This document shows, piece by piece, positions 1 to 8,240 of a DNA stretch of 8,240 nucleotides. Source of the DNA: a virus (lineage: Duplodnaviria > Heunggongvirae > Uroviricota > Caudoviricetes); the IMG/VR virus record IMGVR_UViG_2693429529_000001; one strand, given 5' to 3'. Each line of letters starts with the position of its first letter. Positions within the stretch are counted from its first letter, which is position 1. A model generated the notes under the pieces. The model saw nothing but the letters and a program-made list of their open reading frames with translations, did not search any database and had not been told where the DNA came from. Both the position numbers and the translations under genes were made by a program.

Positions 1-266
1 ATCACCGGATAAATCCGGGACTCCATCCACGCATCCAGCTCTGAATCCGGCACCTGAGCAGGCAGGAAAACTTCGATATGCAGCTCCGCCTGCCAGGTAT
101 CGCTGTCCAGCTCTTCGCCCGTGTATTCAGCGCCGGTGAGATAAACGGCAACTGCCGGAAAATCCGCCTCATCAAAAACAGCGGGGCGACCATCAAAAAA
201 CGTCGCCCCGGTGTCATGCTTCTCCAGTGCATCCAGTACGGCTGCACGGAGTTCAGTATGTTTCAT
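1..266 (-). CDS. U: Tail terminator protein gpU, N-terminal part (about 88 codons; continues past window position 1)
   Basis: Hand translation from ATG at 266..264 gives MKHTELRAAVLD, matching my recollection of the lambda gpU N-terminus. The start overlaps the Z stop as ATGA (263..266), as in lambda. This frame is not in the ORF track because no stop falls inside the window. Confidence 0.8.
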   Translation of the reverse strand, partial: MKHTELRAAVLDALEKHDTGATFFDGRPAVFDEADFPAVAVYLTGAEYTGEELDSDTWQAELHIEVFLPAQVPDSELDAWMESRIYPV

Positions 267-841
267 CGCTTTATTACCATCCTCAGTTGATGCTGCAGCG
301 CATAGCCCAGCTCTTTCGGAAGACGTTCACGCCGTATCCGCTCAATATTTTGTTTAAACGCCGTGGTCAGCGGCACCGCCATCGGGATTTTCACCACATC
401 AATGGGGTAACGGTTTTTCCCGGCCACACGCTGCATGACATGCCACCGGCCATTTTTCAGTTGCTGAATAAACGCGCCGGGAATACGACGGTTACCCACC
501 ACAAGCACGCTGCCGCCACCTTTCAGGGATGAACGCTGCCCCTTTTTACGACGCCTGCGGCGCGAAAGGACAACCCGCGCATTACCCAGCCTGATTACGG
601 GCAAATCCCCCCGGTTAACCTTGATTCTGGCCTGCGGATTTTTGACCGTGGCCCTTTTCAGCCTGGCCCTTTCCTTTACCAGTTTCCGGCGTACCTTTGT
701 CTCACGGGCAACCTGTGACACCGACTGCGATATCGCGGATGAAGCAACGCGGTTAATGGCCATTGCGGCGGCACCGGGCACCGCCGTTCTGCTGATACGG
801 CTGAGGTTTTCAACGGCCTGCTCAAGACCTTTTATGGCCAT
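263..841 (-). CDS. Z: Tail assembly/completion protein gpZ (192 aa)
   Basis: The 192-aa ORF (MAIKGLEQAVENLSRISRTAVPG...) has the length expected for lambda gpZ (579 bp with stop), an ATG start at 841..839, and sits between FII and U with the Z/U ATGA overlap. Confidence 0.85.
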   Translation of the reverse strand: MAIKGLEQAVENLSRISRTAVPGAAAMAINRVASSAISQSVSQVARETKVRRKLVKERARLKRATVKNPQARIKVNRGDLPVIRLGNARVVLSRRRRRKKGQRSSLKGGGSVLVVGNRRIPGAFIQQLKNGRWHVMQRVAGKNRYPIDVVKIPMAVPLTTAFKQNIERIRRERLPKELGYALQHQLRMVIKR

Positions 842-1206
842 ACATCCCCCTTCCAGCGGCGACGGTTAACGGCAGGCGGTACGCCCCGCCCAAGCCAGAG
901 ATGACAGCTTCCGCCATCATCCGGCGAAATCCGGTCTATCCAGAAGTTTTCCTCACCGATGGTCAGCGTGTCGCCGCGCCGCAGCTGCCGCACATCATCA
1001 GTCCGGACAAACAGGGACGGGCTGGAGCCTTCAACGCGCACGCCCTGTCCGGCATAGCTGATATTTTCAGGGTCATCAAAAACACCACGTATCACAGCAC
1101 CGGACTGCTCACCGGATGTCATGGTGGCTGACGTTCCCATGTACCCGCGTATCGTTTCATCGGCGCAGGCAATGGCAGCATCGAACAGGTTATCGAAATC
1201 AGCCAC
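832..1206 (-). CDS. FII: Head-tail joining protein gpFII, here 124 codons with a 7-aa C-terminal extension relative to the 117 aa I recall for lambda
   Basis: ORF begins MADFDNLFDAAIACADETIRGYMGTSAT..., which I recognise as gpFII. The start codon is GTG (1206..1204), preceded by GGGAGG 11 nt after the FI stop. The ORF ends ...AVNRRRWKGDVWP with TAA at 834..832, overlapping the Z start by 10 nt. Confidence 0.8.
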   Translation of the reverse strand: MADFDNLFDAAIACADETIRGYMGTSATMTSGEQSGAVIRGVFDDPENISYAGQGVRVEGSSPSLFVRTDDVRQLRRGDTLTIGEENFWIDRISPDDGGSCHLWLGRGVPPAVNRRRWKGDVWP

Positions 1207-1217
1207 AGCGCCTCCCG

Positions 1218-1613
1218 TTATTGCATTCTGGCCAGGCCGCGCTCTGTCATTTCAGCTGCCACACCGGCAGAGACACGGAACGCCGTTCCCGGCAGCACAA
1301 ATGCCACAGCCTCATCCCGCGTGGCGTGAAGTGCATCAGTATGCAGCGTCACCAGTGCCACAACCGTGACCAGATCAGCCGTATCAGTCACGGTATCCGG
1401 CTGCGCTGATACAACCTCATTTTCATGTCCGGTCAGCGCATTTTCCGGGCTGACAGATGTGTCCTGACCGGCAGCGTCATCCGTGTCATCAAGCTCCTCT
1501 TCCAGCTCTGCCACACGGAGTGCCAGTTCTTCTTTCGTCCCCGTCAGGCTGACATCACGGTTCAGTTGCTCACCCAGCACCTGAAGACGGGCAATCAGTT
1601 CATCTTTCGTCAT
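1218..1613 (-). CDS. FI: DNA-packaging protein gpFI (131 aa here)
   Basis: From ATG at 1613..1611 the ORF reads MTKDELIARLQVLGEQLNRDVSLTGTKEELALRVAELEEELDD... and ends ...AAEMTERGLARMQ, matching lambda gpFI as I recall it. A GGAGGAG Shine-Dalgarno lies at 1617..1623 (minus strand). The 41-nt gap to the E stop matches the lambda map. Confidence 0.85.
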   Translation of the reverse strand: MTKDELIARLQVLGEQLNRDVSLTGTKEELALRVAELEEELDDTDDAAGQDTSVSPENALTGHENEVVSAQPDTVTDTADLVTVVALVTLHTDALHATRDEAVAFVLPGTAFRVSAGVAAEMTERGLARMQ

Positions 1614-1625
1614 GGACTCCTCCAC

Positions 1626-1650
1626 AGAGAGAAAATGGCCCCGAAGGGCC
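1626..1650 (-). terminator. Intergenic stem-loop between E and FI: GGCCC-UUCG-GGGCC followed by a U-rich run (AUUUUCUCUCU)
   Basis: Seen directly: the minus-strand reading of 1650..1626 is GGCCCTTCGGGGCC ATTTTCTCTCT, a 5-bp all-GC stem with a UUCG tetraloop and a partially U-rich tail, 4 nt after the E stop. Its function as terminator, attenuator or mRNA-stability element is inferred, not shown. Confidence 0.35.
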
Positions 1651-1654
1651 ATGA

Positions 1655-2680
1655 TTACGCCAGTTGTACGGACACGAACGCATCAGGGTCAGCCAGCAGC
1701 ATCAGCGGTGCTGACTGAATCATGGTGAACTCACGCGCCGGATCGCCGGTGGTCACCCAGTTTTTCGGGTAGCGGGCAGAGGCGTTAATACCTTCGCGCT
1801 GTGCGTCCGCATCCTGAATGCAGCCATAGGTGCGCAGACCGCGTGCCTGAGTGTTCCCCAGCACCATCGTGTTGTCCGGAAGGAAGTTCTTTTTGACGTC
1901 GTTTTCCACGTACTGTCCGGAATACACGACGATCGCCGTATCGCCATACATACCCTTATAGGACACCGCTTCGCCCAGGTCTTTTACCGCTGTCTCCAGC
2001 TCGGAATGAGAGCCGCGACGGGTATCCAGCTTCTCCTTGACGGCTTTGAAGGAACGGAACAGCGCCCAGCCTTTCGGATCAAACACGATGATATTCACCA
2101 CACCGCTGGCGTTCAGCGCGTAGGCTTCGATATCGTCGGTCGGGTCATACGTGGACTTGTCACGCTTGCTCCACTCCGTACCGCCGGACTGCGTGATGTT
2201 GTTCGCCACACTGCGGCCCATATCCACTTCAACCGGATCGAAGGCTTCACCGGTCATGGTGTATTTGCCCTTAAGCACGGCAGAAACTGCCTGCATCTCT
2301 TCGACCTGAGCAATGGCCAGCTCTTCGTCTCGCATGTTCTGCAGGATGATGCGACGGCGGCGGTAAGCCGGGTCCGCCAGATTCTGTGGATCTTCATCCG
2401 GCAGGCGACGCAGGGTCATCTGCGGATTCACTTCATGCTTGGGTTTGACATATCCCGGCGTAAATTCAGAGGTGGAGCCGCCACGGGAGCGGATAACCTC
2501 ACCGGAAACAATCGGCGAAACGTACAGCGCCATGTTTACCAGTCCCGGAATTTGTGAGAGATAGACTTTCTCCGTGGTGAAGGGATAGCTCTCACGGAAA
2601 AAGAGACGCAGAAACAGCGGATCAAACTTAAATTTCTGCTCATTTGCCGCCAGCAGCTGGGCGGTTGTGTACATCGACAT
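1655..2680 (-). CDS. E: Major capsid protein gpE (341 aa)
   Basis: From ATG at 2680..2678 the ORF reads MSMYTTAQLLAANEQKFKFDPLFLRLFFRESYPFTTEKVYLSQIPGLVNMALYVSPIVSGE... and ends ...DAFVSVQLA, at 1026 bp with stop, exactly the lambda E length. The ORF-track start at 2707 is an upstream in-frame extension that lies inside the D-E hairpin. Confidence 0.93.
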   Translation of the reverse strand: MSMYTTAQLLAANEQKFKFDPLFLRLFFRESYPFTTEKVYLSQIPGLVNMALYVSPIVSGEVIRSRGGSTSEFTPGYVKPKHEVNPQMTLRRLPDEDPQNLADPAYRRRRIILQNMRDEELAIAQVEEMQAVSAVLKGKYTMTGEAFDPVEVDMGRSVANNITQSGGTEWSKRDKSTYDPTDDIEAYALNASGVVNIIVFDPKGWALFRSFKAVKEKLDTRRGSHSELETAVKDLGEAVSYKGMYGDTAIVVYSGQYVENDVKKNFLPDNTMVLGNTQARGLRTYGCIQDADAQREGINASARYPKNWVTTGDPAREFTMIQSAPLMLLADPDAFVSVQLA

Positions 2681-2693
2681 AAAAAAATCCCGT

Positions 2694-2717
2694 AAAAAAA
2701 GCCGCACAGGCGGCCTT
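2694..2717 (-). terminator. Intrinsic-terminator-like hairpin between D and E: AAAG-GCCGC-CUGU-GCGGC followed by U7
   Basis: Seen directly: + strand 2694..2714 is aaaaaaa gccgcacaggcggc, so the minus-strand RNA is GCCGCCUGUGCGGC UUUUUUU. It sits about 19 nt after the D stop and immediately before the U-rich E leader. Late lambda transcription is Q-antiterminated, so the role is more likely attenuation or RNA stability than full termination (inference). Confidence 0.45.
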
Positions 2718-2735
2718 TAGTGATGAAGGGTAAGG

Positions 2736-3068
2736 TTAAACGATGCTGATTGCCGTTCCGGCAAACGCGGTCCGTTTTTTCGTCTCATCGCTGGCAGCCT
2801 CCGGCCAGAGCACATCCTCATAACGGAACGTGCCGGACTTGTAGAACGTCAGCGTGGTGCTGGTCTGGTCAGCAGCAACCGCCAGAATGCCAACGGCAGC
2901 ACCGTCGGTGGTGCCATCCCACGCAACCAGCTTACGGGTGGCGGTGTCCAGCATCAGAGGGGTCATTGCAGGCGCTTTCGCACTCAATCCGCCGGGCGCG
3001 GTTGCGGTATGAGCCGGGTCACTGTTGCCCAGCGGCTGGTAATGGGTAAAGGTTTCTTTGCTCGTCAT
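2736..3068 (-). CDS. D: Head decoration protein gpD (110 aa)
   Basis: From ATG at 3068..3066 the ORF reads [42 protein letters not shown]...[11 protein letters not shown], 333 bp with stop, 9 nt after the C/nu3 stop as in lambda. Confidence 0.93.
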   Translation of the reverse strand: MTSKETFTHYQPLGNSDPAHTATAPGGLSAKAPAMTPLMLDTATRKLVAWDGTTDGAAVGILAVAADQTSTTLTFYKSGTFRYEDVLWPEAASDETKKRTAFAGTAISIV

Positions 3069-3077
3069 AAACATCCC

Positions 3078-3683
3078 TTACACTGGTGTGTTCAGCAAAT
3101 CGTTAACGGCATCAGATGCCGGGTTACCTGCAGCCAGCGGTGCCGGGGCACCCTGCATCAGACGATCCAGCGCAGTGTCACTGCGCGCCTGTGCACTCTG
3201 TGGTGCTGCGGCCAGAATGCGGCGGGCCGTTTCCACGGTCATACCGGGGGTTTCTGCCAGCACGCGTGCCTGTTCTTCGCGTCCGTGAGCCTCCTCACAG
3301 TTGAGGATCCCCATAATGCGGCTGTTTTCTGCCGCAACCGCTGCGGTGATCTGCGCGTTCACGTCCGGCTGCGCCGCGCTGGCGTTTTCGCCCTCCGTCG
3401 CTGGCACCACGTCAGTAACGTCAGCCTGCGAAGCAGTGGCTGAAACAGTTGTTGATTGAGTCTCTTTGGTCATTCGCCCTCCTGAGAGACGGGATTTACG
3501 TGCATCCAGTGCATCACGCATGACGGTGATCGCATCGGTGCTGTTAACAAGTTCATCAGCCAGTCCGGCATCAATGGCCTCCTGACCGCTGTACACTGCA
3601 GCCTCGGTATCCAGCACAGCCTGCACGGACAGGCCGGTATATGCCGACACCTTCTGCGCAAACATCTGGCGGGTTGCGTCCAT
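3078..3683 (-). CDS. nu3: Scaffolding protein gpNu3 (201 aa), translated in-frame from an internal start within C
   Basis: The internal ATG at 3683..3681 (MDATRQMFAQKVSAYTGLSVQ...) gives 606 bp to the shared stop, the length I recall for lambda nu3 nested in the 3' third of C. Assignment rests on established lambda biology plus the matching length. Confidence 0.75.
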   Translation of the reverse strand: MDATRQMFAQKVSAYTGLSVQAVLDTEAAVYSGQEAIDAGLADELVNSTDAITVMRDALDARKSRLSGGRMTKETQSTTVSATASQADVTDVVPATEGENASAAQPDVNAQITAAVAAENSRIMGILNCEEAHGREEQARVLAETPGMTVETARRILAAAPQSAQARSDTALDRLMQGAPAPLAAGNPASDAVNDLLNTPV

Positions 3684-4377
3684 CCGGTACTGCAGTGTCT
3701 CCCGGACGTCATCCGGAAGATGGCTGTAGGGGTTGCCATCCACCTTATGGCTGCCGCTGTAAATCAGCGTGATTTCCACACCCTGTTTCTCCAGCGCAGC
3801 ACCGTAATTACTGTGAGCCATCATGACGCCGATGGAGCCTGTCCGGGCGGTCTGCGTGACCAGACGCCGGGAGGCGGCACTGGCAAGCAACTGACCTGCA
3901 CTGCAGTTCATGTCGTTGGCAAGCGCCCATACCGGTTTTATGTCACGCACACGGGCGATGATGTCAGCGCAGTCAAATGCCCCCGCCACCATCCCGCCGG
4001 GCGTGTCCATATCGAGCAGAATGCCGTCCACCATCGGATCGCTGGCAGCCTGTTGCAGACGGGCGATAATGCCGTTGTAACCGGTCATCCCCGAGTACGG
4101 CTGCAGCGCCCGCGTCCGGCTGACCAGCGTGCCGGACACCGGCAGCACGGCGATGCCGTTCATGACCTGATAACTGCGGGCCTGTCGTGGTCCGTCATCA
4201 TCACCGGATAATGCCAGCGTCGCGAGTGCCTCCTGGGCAGTCAGGCTGTCGCCGGACACCGCATCCGTCAGGCGGCTGATCCCAAGCTGGCCTGCAAGCG
4301 CACAAAAGAAAACCCGCGCATAGGCGGGTTCAAGCATCAGCGGCTCATTAAAAGCCATGCTGGCAATATGCGGGAGA

Positions 4378-4397
<20 letters not shown>
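3078..4397 (-). CDS. C: Prohead protease / scaffold-processing protein gpC (439 aa, peptidase S49-like)
   Basis: The ORF contains VTAELRNLPHIASMAFNEPLMLEPAYARVFFCALAGQLGIS..., which I recognise as gpC. The GTG at 4397..4395 gives exactly 1320 bp to the stop at 3078 and a 20-nt overlap with the B 3' end, both matching the lambda map. A GAGGAGGAG Shine-Dalgarno lies just upstream, inside B. The ORF-track start at 4532 is an upstream extension. Confidence 0.88.
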
Positions 4398-7994
<3,597 letters not shown>

Positions 7995-8020
<26 letters not shown>

Positions 8021-8240
8021 TCAGCAACCCCGGTATCAGTTCATCCAGCGCGGCTGCTTTGTTCATGGCTTTGATGATATCCCGTTTCAGGAAATCAACA
8101 TGTCGGTTTTCCAGTTCCGGAAAACGCCGCTGCACCGACAGGGGGATCCCGTCGAGAATACTGGCAATTTCACCTGCGATCCGCGACAGCACGAAAGTAC
8201 AGAATGCGGTTTCCACCACTTCAGCGGAGTCTCTGGCATT
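7995..8240 (-). CDS. nu1: Terminase small subunit gpNu1, C-terminal 81 codons (start lies beyond window position 8240)
   Basis: The in-window translation ...VETAFCTFVLSRIAGEIASILDGIPLSVQRRFPELENRHVDFLKRDIIKAMNKAAALDELIPGLLSEYIEQSG matches my recollection of the lambda gpNu1 C-terminus. The TAA stop at 7997..7995 lies 26 nt inside A. Confidence 0.85.

Noticed and set aside
2-247. 81-aa ORF on the minus strand at the window start
   Set aside because: It is in a different frame from the real gene here. Hand translation from 266 gives the gpU N-terminus (MKHTELRAAVLD) in another frame, so this ORF is an overlapping artefact.
2006-2557. 183-aa ORF on the + strand
   Set aside because: It lies entirely antisense to the major capsid gene E, has no recognisable protein features, and is the kind of long spurious frame expected in GC-rich DNA.
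2681-2707. Upstream extension of the E ORF (MRLFLRDFF-MSMY...)
   Set aside because: The extra nine codons run through the intergenic hairpin and U-tracts. The MSMYTTAQ start gives the exact 341-aa lambda gpE.
3069-3074. Alternative D start two codons upstream (MFMTSK...)
   Set aside because: That ATG sits only 3 nt after the C stop with no ribosome-binding site. The downstream ATG (MTSKETF...) has a GGGA spacer and gives the 110-aa gpD.
3720-4211. 163-aa ORF on the + strand
   Set aside because: Antisense to gpC, Arg/His/Gly-rich and low-complexity in character, with no supporting start context. Judged spurious.

Overview
This window is the head-morphogenesis and DNA-packaging module of a bacteriophage lambda-like (lambdoid) phage or prophage, with every gene on the minus strand. 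Reading 5'->3' on the minus strand (window 8240 -> 1) the order is nu1 (C-terminal part), A, W, B, C with nested nu3, D, E, FI, FII, Z, U (N-terminal part). I recognise the proteins by recalled sequence (e.g. gpA MNISNSQVNRLRHF..., gpE MSMYTTAQLLAANEQ..., gp[22 protein letters not shown]...), not by any search. Gene lengths and junctions match my recollection of the lambda map (nu1/A 26-nt overlap, ATGA overlaps at A/W, W/B and Z/U, B/C 20-nt overlap, 9-nt C-D gap, 55-nt D-E gap, 41-nt E-FI gap, 11-nt FI-FII gap). This is one of the best-characterised pieces of DNA known, so I do not see a novel biological system. What does deserve a second look are departures from canonical lambda: the terminase large-subunit ORF is 613 codons rather than the 641 I recall, the FII ORF reads through its expected stop into Z, and FI is one codon short. 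Two GC-rich hairpins bracket the major capsid gene E, and E has a Shine-Dalgarno-less, U-rich leader. I see no tRNA, rRNA, CRISPR, IS element or cargo gene. Coordinates were derived by hand from the ORF track and local reverse-complementing, and all comparisons to lambda rest on memory, so they need confirmation by alignment.
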